A DNA stretch of 58,337 bases, filler included, from Sanchytrium tribonematis (GCA_018985235.1; 5 parts of 5 records of this genome joined end to end with filler, not necessarily neighbours in it), one strand, 5' to 3'. Positions 42,721 through 54,241 are shown, numbered from the whole stretch's first letter. Translations and numbers: made by a program. The notes: generated from the sequence alone by a model not told the origin.

Positions 42721-44113
42721 TCATTCTCCATTGATATTAATTAATCCATTAAATTCATCTGTCATCCGATGTAAATTAGCATTTGTTGGTCTTGGTACTA
42801 CTGTAGGCATTGCATTTCTAATCATATCCCGCTTGTATTCTCCCAGTGCCAATTCTTGAAAATCATGCTCTTCATTAAAAATTGGACAATCTCTTAATGC
42901 ATCTATTTGTCTCAATATACGTGCAATGCGAGTCGGTAATCTTGAATACGACCATGCTGTTCCCATTAGTTCCAATATGTAATTAGGATTGTTGTCAATT
43001 TGATAATTGTGAAGCATAAAGCAACACAAAATCAACTTCACGTACAATTCAATTTTGTATTCAGTCCCAATTACTAATATATAATATCTTCTTTGTAAAA
43101 TGCCAAATATTCTCTCTACAATTTGCCTCACACTTGAAAATATACGATTAAATTGTAATTTGGATTGTTCTGTTTCAGAGCATCTCAATATATCCTCTGC
43201 TTGATATGGTGTTATCAAATACTCTCTCAAATGGTATCCATTATCACCCATAAGCATATATGATTTATCAAATCTCGTAAATATAGTTAAAAGAAATTGC
43301 TTAAAATTTGAAAATGCAAACATACTGGCGTCATTAACGGATCCGGGAAATCCAACATCTATAGAAACAATGCGCATTTGCGCATCCACAACAACTTGAC
43401 CTGCCATTGAACGAAATCCTTTTCTGTTATAGAAGGGACTGGGATTTGTTTCGCGAGGGATTTTGCGAATTGGAAAATGTGTGCCGTCTACTACAAAAGG
43501 AATACCATCTAGCCCTGACAAATAGTAAACAATTTCTGCATTATTTCTTAAGTATTCTTCATTGATTCTATCCAAAGAGAAATTGTCGCGCAACAAAGAT
43601 ATCAATAAATTGCAGAAAATGTGGATTGACGCTCTTGCAGTTTCTTTACAGCAGCCATACATGTGCTTTAAAGAATTTAAACATTCTCCTCTAGTGGGTT
43701 GACGCTCTTGCAGTTTCTTTACAGCAGCCATACATGTGCTTTAAAGAATTTAAACATTCTCCTCTAGCAAGATATCTTAAAAAAATACCCAGTTTCCATT
43801 CAAATAAATGATTTGGTCTACCAACATTGTGAAGGGGCCAAATTTGGGTGTAAATTTGATGCAAGTTCTGTGATAGCTGATTGAATGTGTCTATTGACAT
43901 TCTGAAAAAGTTGCTAAACTCACCTGGACCATATTGTTGATAAAATTGGGTTGGGATCTTTGTTGGAATCCATTCTATTTTGGGTCCAATATACCGCAAA
44001 TTGTAGCGCAAGTAGCAGTTAAACAATAAAATCTTGTATTGTTGCAGCATCAAATTATTGCGATTCATTATAATAAGCAAAGTAAGCAGGATTTGTCTTC
44101 TAGTTAGAGTCAT
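42721..44113 (-). pseudogene. Harbinger/HARBI1-type DDE transposase, frameshifted by a 73-bp tandem duplication
   Basis: VVDGTHFPI, YNRKG, FPGSVND, LMGDNGY, RQIVERIFGIL; deleting one repeat copy yields a single 439-aa ORF. Confidence 0.93.
43621..43766. repeat. 73-bp tandem duplication (2 copies, 1 mismatch)
   Basis: 43621-43693 and 43694-43766. Confidence 0.95.
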
Positions 44114-44928
44114 TCAAGGAGATTTATTTTAGCTAATACACTTGGGGAAATTGCAAAAAGCAATTTGATTTTTAGACTCGATGATCTTATTAGGCTTTGT
44201 TTCCGGAGATGCAAAAAGTGACTTCGGTGAATTTATAGACTCACTGTATACTCGCTGTACTAGATTAGTCAGTCCATTGAAAATGTGCAAAACAATGTGG
44301 ACACTAGATCGTCCAAGAGCGTCTAAAGAGCGTCTAAAGGATATGTGTTTCCGATGCACGTTTTGAGATGGGATATCGTCAAGAGTAGTTTAATACAGTC
44401 TTACCGATATACAAATAATCTGTCAGTATCATTCATTATTACAAAATTAAAACAATGTTATTTTACGGTCTTTATCAAGTCTCGAGTCGTATAAAATTGA
44501 AGAATCGGGTATCTGTTAAGGGTTTGAAATTTTGAATCACTTTCATAAATTTGTTTTGTTTATTTTCGCTGGTAGCATTTTGTAATAATAAACACAAACA
44601 GTCGTTTGGAGTATCAGCTTTAATTTTATACACTTTCCGATCACATAGCATAAAAGATCTAGGTAATCGAGTCATATTATTCGTGAATTGACAGAAAATA
44701 ATCTACATGATTCATTTTTTCAAGGGTTTGTTACAAAAATACCAGTCATTTTTTTCTTTTCCATTCTTTGTTTCAATTTTTCTGGCAACCATGCCTCTAC
44801 ATTTTGATTAGAGGGTGAAATGCTCGTTGTTGATATTATGGATCTGTGGTTTTTATCCCGTGATTTTGACTTTTGGTTAAAATTATTTGAATGAAATTGA
44901 AACGATAATTAATAGAATTTGCTTTATT

Positions 44929-45555
44929 TTAGCTGCTTTCCGAATACAATTGTTGCAATATTAATGTATTAAACTTGCTAACCCATTCTGGGGGCAAGTA
45001 AGGCAATACTTCTTTGTTTTCAGGAGAATAAATTGAATTGCCTGAATAGTATTCGGGGTTGTCAGGCAAATATTTAGCATAATTCTGCAACCCAATGTTA
45101 TTAAGAAAGGTTATTGCTTCTTCTTCTGATTTAGGTCTCTTCATGATGAAGTATACCACAAGATCTCCTATTAATGGTTTCATATAGATTTTGTTGCAGT
45201 AATAATGAATCACATTGAATATCAAATCCGCTATTTCACCTTTTATGACAAACAACGCCCCTTTAATATAGTACAAGACATCAATTTGAGTATAAGAAGG
45301 TATCCAAGGAGGACGTTCAGGGGAATTAAGATAGAAATCCGAAAAGTAGTACAATTTGTTGATAATCCATGCTTTATCATAGTCTTTGTCGTTCAATTTT
45401 GTATCAAAGCTCCGTTTTTTGCTTTTGCGAAACTGGCGATGGTGCAATTCTTTAATTTGTTCTCGCAAATCTATATTCTCCGAACCATTCTCAAGAAGCA
45501 GCGGCATCTTTAATTCATCTAAATTCCCAAATACACACAACAATGCAAATAACAT
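44929..45555 (-). CDS. Putative secreted protein with basic NLS-like patch
   Basis: MLFALLCVFG leader; RQFRKSKKR; no family recognised. Confidence 0.6.
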   Translation of the reverse strand: MLFALLCVFGNLDELKMPLLLENGSENIDLREQIKELHHRQFRKSKKRSFDTKLNDKDYDKAWIINKLYYFSDFYLNSPERPPWIPSYTQIDVLYYIKGALFVIKGEIADLIFNVIHYYCNKIYMKPLIGDLVVYFIMKRPKSEEEAITFLNNIGLQNYAKYLPDNPEYYSGNSIYSPENKEVLPYLPPEWVSKFNTLILQQLYSESS

Positions 45556-46210
45556 GGGGGATGGACATCATGTCTCTTTTATAACAAATGGGGCAACACG
45601 TGGTTGTACAAATATACCCCGCTGCTAAATAGTCAAGTCGCACACGTGTGAGTACAATAATTTGCAAATGGAAGCCCCAAATAGCTCAACATTGTCTCCA
45701 AAACAGTTATTTTACTCCCAAATGTCAAAAATCCATTGATTTTACCCAAATAATTTTCCCAATTGACTCATTTGTACTTCCAATTGTCTAATCTTGACAT
45801 ATTTCATTATTTTGTAAATCCACACCTCGTTTGGATCCAAATGCAAATCAGAATTAGTTAATTAAGATTCATTTTTCCAAGCGATTCGATTATACGATCT
45901 GGATTTCCTGTTAATTCGGATTGTAATTCTATCGAATTGTTAAATATGAATTTATGCCTTAATTACTGCTAAATAAACTTGAATTTAAAGACACGTTATC
46001 CAACTATGCAATGGAAAGATTACGAAAATCAAATCAAATTTGAATTTCAAGTTGTGAAAAAATTAAGTAAATAAATTGAATTTAACAAATTTCATTGATT
46101 AGACTAAAAGCAATTTTGACAGACAATTCAATTGGTTTGGATGTACATAAAACTGGCAATTTTTACTCAATTAAAAATGATTATCTTTGATTTTGTTGGA
46201 ATCAAACAAT

Positions 46211-46298
46211 CGTCTAGCTTTCACGGTGTAAATTTCTTCAAGCAACCCTAGTCTAGATTCCTCAATGTAAATGACATGAAAAACTTGGAATTGAATTT
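46211..46298 (+). repeat. Dispersed ~88-bp repeat copy 2
   Basis: Homologous to 39291-39378; a third GTCTAGTTTCCACAG unit occurs at 46323. Confidence 0.75.
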
Positions 46299-46349
46299 AC
46301 AGAAAATCAAAATTTTCTCCTAGTCTAGTTTCCACAGAGCGTGTCCCAA

Positions 46350-46756
46350 ATGATGCCCCTATTTCTTTCTCTGCTAATCGCAGTCAAGTCATTTCAAACT
46401 TCATGTATTGTCAGAGTTTTGAAGCAAATCCAACATTTTAAGGTCGATCTAAATGAGAATGATGTTTATGAAAGCAACATTGAAATTACACATCAATCAC
46501 TTCAAATAATCAGTCACATTCAATTTGAATGGATTAAAGACAACCCAAACCAAGTACAATTTACTGGTACGCTAACTGGTATAACGCCCTCATTATCTTA
46601 CTCTAAACTTTTAGATATTTCACAATATGGTGATGATAAAGATAAGTACGAGTTACAATACCCATTTCTTGTCACTTTGAAGGACATTTTAGACAAATCT
46701 CTATTATCTGCCATTTGGAAGAAATTTTTAAAAGCGCAGGAAGATTCTGCTAATTT
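46350..46756 (+). CDS. Hypothetical protein with hydrophobic leader, truncated by the contig end
   Basis: MMPLFLSLLIA...; frame open to the linker. Confidence 0.45.
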
Positions 46757-46856
46757 NNNNNNNNNNNNNNNNNNNNNNNNNNNNNNNNNNNNNNNNNNNN
46801 TTAATTAATTAANNNNNNNNNNNNNNNNNNNNNNNNNNNNNNNNNNNNNNNNNNNN
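46757..46856. other. Artificial contig-joining linker
   Basis: N44-TTAATTAATTAA-N44. Confidence 0.98.
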
Positions 46857-47134
46857 AATACAGAATGGCAAGCAATTAGTTGCCAATGACAGAAAAGGTA
46901 AAACATTATGTGCAAAACACTTTTAATCAGCGTGCCACTGAGATCATTAACCCCCCCCCCTCAATTGAAAGACAATCGTCTCCAATTTATAATAATATTT
47001 TATTAAAATAAGTCTGAGGATTATTTAATTTGAATTTATTGTACAATCTCAGAAACAATTGTATAGGCACTGTATTTCTAATCCGGTCGTTTTCACCTTT
47101 TATTAAGGGAATATATCTCTGATTCTGTTTCCGC

Positions 47135-47470
47135 CTAGATAGTAGAACTTGGATTAGTATAACAATGGTTAATATTACTTTTAATTTGTTGCCTTTTATC
47201 CTTATCGTCCACAAGATATAGTAAAATCGTTTTGGACTCACAATAGGGTCCACTTATATTTAATTCCTTCGATGAAATAATCTCTGTTAATAAAACATCT
47301 AGTGTGATAAATTTGGTTGGTACTGTAAGATATACTACCCAATCTTTAAAAACCTTTTTCCATTTCATGTCAAATAAATCTTTATCGCTTTCCGTTTCTA
47401 TCAGTGTGTACGTATGTTTGTCTGTTTCTATTATCAATAAAGCCATTAAAAGTGTAAAGTATAGCATCAT
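47135..47470 (-). CDS. Small putative secreted protein, paralogue of 40112-40447
   Basis: MMLYFTLLMA leader; shared motifs listed under the paralogue. Confidence 0.6.
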   Translation of the reverse strand: MMLYFTLLMALLIIETDKHTYTLIETESDKDLFDMKWKKVFKDWVVYLTVPTKFITLDVLLTEIISSKELNISGPYCESKTILLYLVDDKDKRQQIKSNINHCYTNPSSTI

Positions 47471-47562
47471 TTCCAAATGTTTGTTCCTTTTTAATTGGGG
47501 ATCTTTGTGAACATTTTCAAATCAAAGGGGATCTCCGTGTGGTCAAAACAAATTGTACAAAC

Positions 47563-50500
47563 ATGGAAGCCATATTAATCCCAAATGCCATTGGTGCCAT
47601 TAGTAAAATCATTCCAATTATACAAAGAATTCAATTAGTCAAAGAAAACACCACACAAATTCATGAATTACATCAAAGATTGACTAGAATACACACAATA
47701 TTAAATGAATTCACATTAAATCAATATACGACAACGACTAAAGAAATAATCCATCATTTAACATGTAAACTGAATGAGATTATTGTGTATTTAGGACAAT
47801 TTGAGCAGAAATTGATTTTGAAGAAATTGATTCGTGCTGATAAATATAGTGAAAAATTTAAACAATTTAATGAGGATTTATCTAAATTGATGTGTGAATT
47901 GTCTATTTGCAATTTGATTGAATTAAAATCAAATGCAAATGACACTAAAAAGAATGATGATGAGATGAAAGGACAATTAGAAGTGATATTGAGTAGAATG
48001 GATGAATTGAAGAGAAATGGGAGTGTTGAGAATATGCACCAGCAATTAAATATGCCAATGGATCAAATGAAAGAATTGAAAGCCATGTTGAAAGAATTGC
48101 AAAAAGATGTTCAAAATGTGACTGTGAAGCAATTACAAGAAACCAACATCAAGATTAACAAACAACGCAAATCATTTGAAATTGTTTATGTGAAAGACTT
48201 GGTAGTTGAAAATGAAGAAATTGGGCGTGGATCATTTGGAATCGTCTATTTGGGAAAATGGCGTGGTTTAAAAGTGGCTATAAAGAGAATAGAAGACTGT
48301 CCATATGAAAATCCAGATACTTTGACTGTTCATTCAGATGCATTCGTCAGAAATAGAGCCATTTTAAGAGAAGTCAAGGCGTTTGAAAAATTAAACAAAT
48401 CTCCATTTATTTCTCGATTTTATGGAGTCACTTCTACCAATGGCAAATTGGGACTAGTCATAGAATATATAGACAATTGTACGTTATACAGCTGGCTATA
48501 CTTTGACAAACAATTGCCAAATGAGCATATAAATAAAATCCAACTTGGGATTGCCCAAGGTCTGGCTTTCATGCATTCTCAAGGCATTGCCCATAATGAT
48601 GTCAAATCTAATAATGTCATGTTGGATAATCTATTCCATCCGCGCATTATTGATTTGGGAATGTCGCAAATGCAAAATTCTACTATGTTATCATCAATTG
48701 GCAATATCAAGAGTATTGGGACAGATGGATGGAGAGCACCAGAGTATTGGCAAGTTAGTGAATCCAGTATCAAATTAAGAAGAGAATATCCATTTGCAGC
48801 AGATATCTTTGCATTTTCTGTTTTACTCGGAGAAATCACGACTCGTCAATTGCCGTGGTCCAAATTGGGTTCTAATGAGATTAAACAGGCCATTTTAGAT
48901 GGAATGAGACCATATTCTCAGGATGACATCCCTTTATCTTTATTCCAAGTCATGGTCAATGGATGGCATCAAAATCCAAAATATCGCCATGATATGCAAG
49001 ATATTGCCACAGAATTGGTTGATGTGGATATATCACCCATTCAGGATCTATTTATTAACAATAATGTACCCAAAGAACCAGAATCATATGATTTATCTAA
49101 TATTTATGGCCTCGATTTATACAAGAAATTCAAGGATTCTATAGAAAGTAACAAGCCTGTCTTATTTAAATACGCTTTAATGACATTAATACAATACATA
49201 GAACTAAATGAACTCAAGAATTACATTTTACAATATAAAATTGAAATTCAATCAAAGCAATTTGCAAATCACTTTGAAAATACATTTTTCATGTTGATTT
49301 TGTGTTTCTTTGAGATTGGAGATGATAGGAATAATAATGATTTATATGATTCCTTTCAAAATACTAAAAAGGAGCCCTTGTCACTCTTATTTCTCGGATT
49401 TATGACTGCAAATGGGATTGGAACCATTAAAAATATAGACAAAGCCTCAAAAATATTTAAAAAAGGGCGGAAATATAAAATAGCAGCATATTATTTTTAC
49501 TATGGGGATCAATCTCTCCGTGATGAGTATTTTTCTCAAAAATTTGCTTATAAAAATTACAAACGAGCAATTGATGGAAATTACAGTAAAGCGTACCACA
49601 GAATCGCTGAAGTACAAAATAATAGCCATTCTAGTAAAGGAAAAGAGATTCAAATGAAATATTACGATTTAGGTGCTAAATATGGATGCGCTCTGTCTTT
49701 TTTCTATTTGGGCAGAACTGCTTCAACAGAGGCTCAAAAACTAAAGTATTTAGAGATAGCTGCTAATTTGAATTGTAAAGAGGCACAGATTCAACTAGGT
49801 GATCATTATAGTGATCAAAATGAAGAACTGGCTATTAAATATTATGAAATAGCAGAATCCTGGACTGATTTGGGAAGGATGTATCTACACGGCAAAGTTG
49901 ATCATGATTTTAAGAAAGCCAGACAATATTTTGAAAAGGGAAACTCTTATTACTATTTGGGTCAAATCTATGAAGAAGGGTTAGGTGTTTCAAAAAATAT
50001 GGAAATTGCCATTGAATATTACAGTAAAGGCGAAATAGAAGAATCAATCCATTGCAGGCAAAGATTAGTTGATATTAAAATAAGCTCAATAACTTGCAAT
50101 TTACCGGATAATTTTGAATTTGATGAATTGCCTAAAACATTTGAAAATTTGACTTCTGATGATCGTAAAGCACTTGTGGATAAATTATATGGTGTTCCTC
50201 TTTTCAAATTGTTTGAAATGTCTATTAATGAATGTGTCCCTGACATTTTTGCACTTGTTTCCGCAAAATTAATTGAAACAGTGTTGATTCATGCTATTAA
50301 GGCATTTGTACGCAAAATTGATAAACATGAGTTGAAATTAAAACATTTACTTGAAAAGATATCATATAACAAATTTACGAAAGCATTTATTCATTATTTG
50401 CTTTATAAAAAAAGATTTGATGCATCTGCCAGAAAATGCCTAAAATTATTTAACCAATGCAAAGACATGCCATTATCGAATATATTCTTGTATCAGATAT

Positions 50501-51240
50501 ATTTATGGGGTATTGGAACCATTATAGACTACCGAATTAGTAAAAAATACAAAAAATATTTGGATAGATGTGTCAATTTTAATTTAGCAGCGGGAATATT
50601 TCGATATTATTCAAGTTTTACCTCCAAAGAAGCAGATAATCTAAAAAAAGCAGCAGAAGTGAAATTTGGAGAAGCCTACTACGTAGTGTCACAATATTAC
50701 GACAAAGTTAAATGTGATAAATCATTAAGATTTCAATATTTACAGGTGGCTGCATATTATGGTTCACAAAGGGGTCTTAATGATCTAGCTAATTGCTATT
50801 ATTACGGTTTAGGATGTGACAGGGATGAAACAATGGCAATTCAATATTATGAGCTTGCTGCATTATTTGCAGATTATTTGGTAGATTTTGGAAATATGGG
50901 ATATATCTATGAATGCAGAAATGATTTAAAAAGTGCATTTGATTGCTATACTAGGTCATATGAATCAAAGCAGAGTGGAGAAGAGTTAGGAAGATATTAT
51001 TTTGAAGGAATATTTGTGGAAGTTGATTATAAAAAAGCACGCAAATGCTTTTAACAATCAATTCAAAGGAATAAAATGGCTTTGGAGCGTGCGTATATGG
51101 CATATTATTATATGGGAATGATTTACGAGAATGGATTGGGTGTTTCAAAAAATAAGAGGAAATCGAAATATTATTATAGATGTGCTGGGGAGTATTCAGA
51201 GCAAGATAGGGAGAATAGGAATTTCTTCCTACTTAATTGA
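47563..51240 (+). CDS. MLKL-like N-terminal helical bundle, TKL-type protein kinase and Sel1 repeats; in-frame TAA at 51052
   Basis: N-terminus ...VKENTTQIHELHQRL...LNEI...F...LKKLIRADKY...F...L; kinase GRGSFG, VAIK, HNDVKSNN, DLG, APE; Sel1 YYLGQIYEEGLGV. The Sel1 pattern continues after the TAA to TGA 51240. Confidence 0.88.
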
Positions 51241-51280
51241 ATATGTGAGGAACAATAAAATATACAAATTTATTCACAAT

Positions 51281-52240
51281 TTACGTTACTTTCTTGCTAG
51301 ATTGAATCATTAAAACAACCAATGTTTGATCAAATGATCCAAATGCACATAATCCTTTGATTTTATCATTATAATGAAATGTACGAATGGGTTGTTGGCT
51401 TAAATATCCCACAGAATCAATTAAATTCATTTTATGATCAAATAATTGCAATAAATGGTCATTTGACATCATAAATTGGAAAGGATTATGAGGATTGAAT
51501 GCGCATGTCCATATGGTGCATGGATGAGATGAATTGACATGGGAAATGATTTGAAATGGATTCTCGTTTGGAGGGGATGGTTTATTTTGGAAATCTATTA
51601 AATGGGCTTTACCATGGAGACATCCAATGATTAATTGATTCATTCCGATGCTTTTTGAGTCAAATGATAAGCAGCAAATACCAGAATCAAATTGATTTTT
51701 ATAAATACATGATTTTTGCAATAAATCATAGATTTTTAATAATCCATTCTCAAATCCAATTGCAATATTCCTATGATCATTTATAGAATTGCCAAATGCA
51801 CAGCACCATGGCTGAAAAGACTCATATAATTCAACAACTGGTGTATCTACTCGTAAATCATAAATTTCTACCTTTTTATTCAATCCAATAGCCACTTCAG
51901 GTGGTCCATCTTCTAATACACCACATACATCCATACATAATGCACTTCCATTTAATTTAATGGTCTTTTTTGGAAATGTCAAATCATGAATATCCCAAAC
52001 ACTCAATTTATCCTGTTCTGCAATGATTAATTCATCTCCCATACATTTTAATTGAGTTGGCATATGTGTAAAATGGATATTACCATGCAACATCTTCAAT
52101 TCTTGTTGATTTAATGCATAAATATGTAAAATACCATTTCCAGCACTAGTTTGACCCAATACAGCCAATTTAGGACTATTATGAATCCATTGTATTTGAT
52201 GTATTTGATAATTGGTTTGTTTTCTGATAAATGGCAGCAT
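51281..52240 (-). CDS. WDR92: WD40 protein WDR92/DNAAF10 (Monad), divergent
   Basis: GPPEVAIG, WCCAFGNS...IGFENGLLKIYDL, GICCLSFDSKSIGMNQL and LSQQPI...KGLCAFGSFDQTL match the WDR92 blocks in order. Confidence 0.85.
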   Translation of the reverse strand: MLPFIRKQTNYQIHQIQWIHNSPKLAVLGQTSAGNGILHIYALNQQELKMLHGNIHFTHMPTQLKCMGDELIIAEQDKLSVWDIHDLTFPKKTIKLNGSALCMDVCGVLEDGPPEVAIGLNKKVEIYDLRVDTPVVELYESFQPWCCAFGNSINDHRNIAIGFENGLLKIYDLLQKSCIYKNQFDSGICCLSFDSKSIGMNQLIIGCLHGKAHLIDFQNKPSPPNENPFQIISHVNSSHPCTIWTCAFNPHNPFQFMMSNDHLLQLFDHKMNLIDSVGYLSQQPIRTFHYNDKIKGLCAFGSFDQTLVVLMIQSSKKVT

Positions 52241-52450
52241 TTCAAATCACACAGAAAGGGATTGTGTTTCACAAATGAATTGGAGAAGCCATTTGACAGT
52301 GTCATTATTAAATTGTTCCTCGCATTTCTACAAATTCCAATGTCATTCAATGACGACATCCATCATGGCATCTGACCCACATGTGACTTCTCCAAGTTTC
52401 TAATATGCTGTCATATTCGTCATATTCAAAATCAATTGATTCTCCTTCAA

Positions 52451-53806
52451 ATGCTTTGGCTCACAATCGTGTACACAATGTACCTACCTAGTGGTATAGC
52501 AAATTCCTTGACCTTTTTACAAAGTTCGGATGACTTTACTCGATTTAAAAAACTAATTGACAACAATGATGTGAATGGATTCGGCGATTTTATTCGAAAG
52601 AAAAATTTAAAATTCGATCTTTCAGTTGCAGTTCACCGCAATGCATACATATCTCTCTTTTCTAAACCAACATTAATTAAAAAACTCTTTGAATTGGGCG
52701 TATCTGAGAGTTTCCGTACTCACAATTTTCTATTATTTTTATTATATAATCACATTAGGGATCTATCAAATACATTTTTCAAAAATAACCTGTATTTCAT
52801 GGAGGATCAATTTACGCAGATTATTCAATTTCTGGTTGCATCACTTAATCCAAAATTGCAATTTTTGGAAAAAATCATTCTTTATGACGATCATATTACA
52901 CCAGACTTAACTTTATTTGCATATGCTATTACTAAATTGCCTGATATACCAAATACGTCCAACTACCGCCCTCTGTTTGCAGCCATTCATGTCATTATAA
53001 GTAATTCCGAATCAAGTTTTGACAATCATTTGTTGTTCATTGGTAGAGCAATTGCATTTAATCATTGTGACATTTCTTTAAGCTCATTATTTGTAATGCG
53101 CAATTTAGAACATTATCAGCGAGAACAAGTCATATCTTTGGTAAAACATGCAAATTATTGCAAATCCACAATTGAAACATTTATTAATGAAAATCAGGAT
53201 TACTTTCGAATTGAACCATCTGCACCACCTCAGTGGAGGCGTAAATTTCTAAGTAAAAGTCCTGTACGACTGCCATATAAAGTGTATGACCCATCTGAGG
53301 GGCAAGAAGCTCTTACAAATGATTCTGACGACTCTGATACAAGTACATCAACAGGAACTCGACGTGGAAGATCACGCACAATTCAAGGAAGAATGAGAAA
53401 TGAAAGATCGCGGTCAAAATCACTCACAAATGGTGCAAATTTGGATACCACATCAACTAAATCAACTGTCGAGCAACCTGACACCCAACCTGACAGGCAA
53501 CTTGGCAGGCAACCAGTTCAAAAAGGCATGGCCAGTGCAGCAACAGCAACACAAAGGAAATCATCCGGTGAAGAATCAAAGGATGTAGCAACTTCTAAAG
53601 AAATAGAGAATTCAAATCCCCAGGAATGTTGTGTGTGTTTAGAAAATTGCATGGCTTCAAATCAAGCAACATGCTGTGGACCTTTTGGTGTTTGTAACAC
53701 CTGCATAGAGGAAAATAAAGTAGATTTCCAAAAATACAAGTCTGGATCAGTATATTGCTTGAATCCACTTTGTAAGAAACATCCCAAGTCTGAAAAACAA
53801 ATTTAA
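52451..53806 (+). CDS. Putative secreted protein: helical domain, disordered linker, C-terminal RING-like finger
   Basis: MLWLTIVYT leader; ECCVCLE...TCC...VCNTC...YCLNPLC. Confidence 0.65.
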   Translation: MLWLTIVYTMYLPSGIANSLTFLQSSDDFTRFKKLIDNNDVNGFGDFIRKKNLKFDLSVAVHRNAYISLFSKPTLIKKLFELGVSESFRTHNFLLFLLYNHIRDLSNTFFKNNLYFMEDQFTQIIQFLVASLNPKLQFLEKIILYDDHITPDLTLFAYAITKLPDIPNTSNYRPLFAAIHVIISNSESSFDNHLLFIGRAIAFNHCDISLSSLFVMRNLEHYQREQVISLVKHANYCKSTIETFINENQDYFRIEPSAPPQWRRKFLSKSPVRLPYKVYDPSEGQEALTNDSDDSDTSTSTGTRRGRSRTIQGRMRNERSRSKSLTNGANLDTTSTKSTVEQPDTQPDRQLGRQPVQKGMASAATATQRKSSGEESKDVATSKEIENSNPQECCVCLENCMASNQATCCGPFGVCNTCIEENKVDFQKYKSGSVYCLNPLCKKHPKSEKQI

Positions 53807-53842
53807 TAAAAATCAATTTTTAAAAAATCGGAGTTGTAACAA

Positions 53843-54226
53843 ATGGAGTATTCTGCGAGTCAAGTCGCTCAACATCAATCACGATCTGATTTATGGATGA
53901 GTATTCATGGAAAAGTGTATAATGTATCTAAATTTTTAGATTCTCATCCTGGTGGGGAAGAAGTATTGGCAGATCATGCGGGAATGGATGCGACGGGGGC
54001 ATTTGATGATATTGGACATTCTGAAGAAGCACATGAACAAATGAAAGAATATTTGATTGGGACATTGAAGAAATCAACAGCAGAACAATTAAAAGAGGGT
54101 GTATCGAGTGTCGTAGATGCAACAAAACATGTTAAAGTACATGTGGAAGATAGTACGAATTATTTACCCTATTTGGTACCACTTGTGGCTGTATTGGTGT
54201 ATATTGGATTTAAATATATTCAATAA
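53843..54226 (+). CDS. CYB5: Cytochrome b5, tail-anchored
   Basis: IHGKVYNV, HPGGEEVL, DAT..F.DIGHS; C-terminal TM. Confidence 0.97.
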   Translation: MEYSASQVAQHQSRSDLWMSIHGKVYNVSKFLDSHPGGEEVLADHAGMDATGAFDDIGHSEEAHEQMKEYLIGTLKKSTAEQLKEGVSSVVDATKHVKVHVEDSTNYLPYLVPLVAVLVYIGFKYIQ

Positions 54227-54241
54227 ATATTAATTTGTGAT

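Larger units (their letters stand above)
41603..44246. mobile_element. PIF/Harbinger-superfamily DNA transposon, full length (2644 bp) but disabled
   Basis: TIRs CAGCGAGTCTATAAATT (41603-41619) and AATTTATAGACTCACTG (44230-44246), 16/17 match; TAT on both flanks; convergent Myb-like and DDE genes. Confidence 0.9.

Noticed and set aside
51052..51054. Alternative genetic code (TAA = Gln) as in some aphelids and ciliates
   Set aside because: TAA ends ARPC2, Beclin-1, cytochrome b5 and GPx at their expected C-termini, and long ORFs are otherwise free of TAA/TAG.
1174..51240. A single defence island containing ZNFX1, LRRs, IRGs and the MLKL-like kinase
   Set aside because: These genes are on four different contigs concatenated by length; linkage is not shown.
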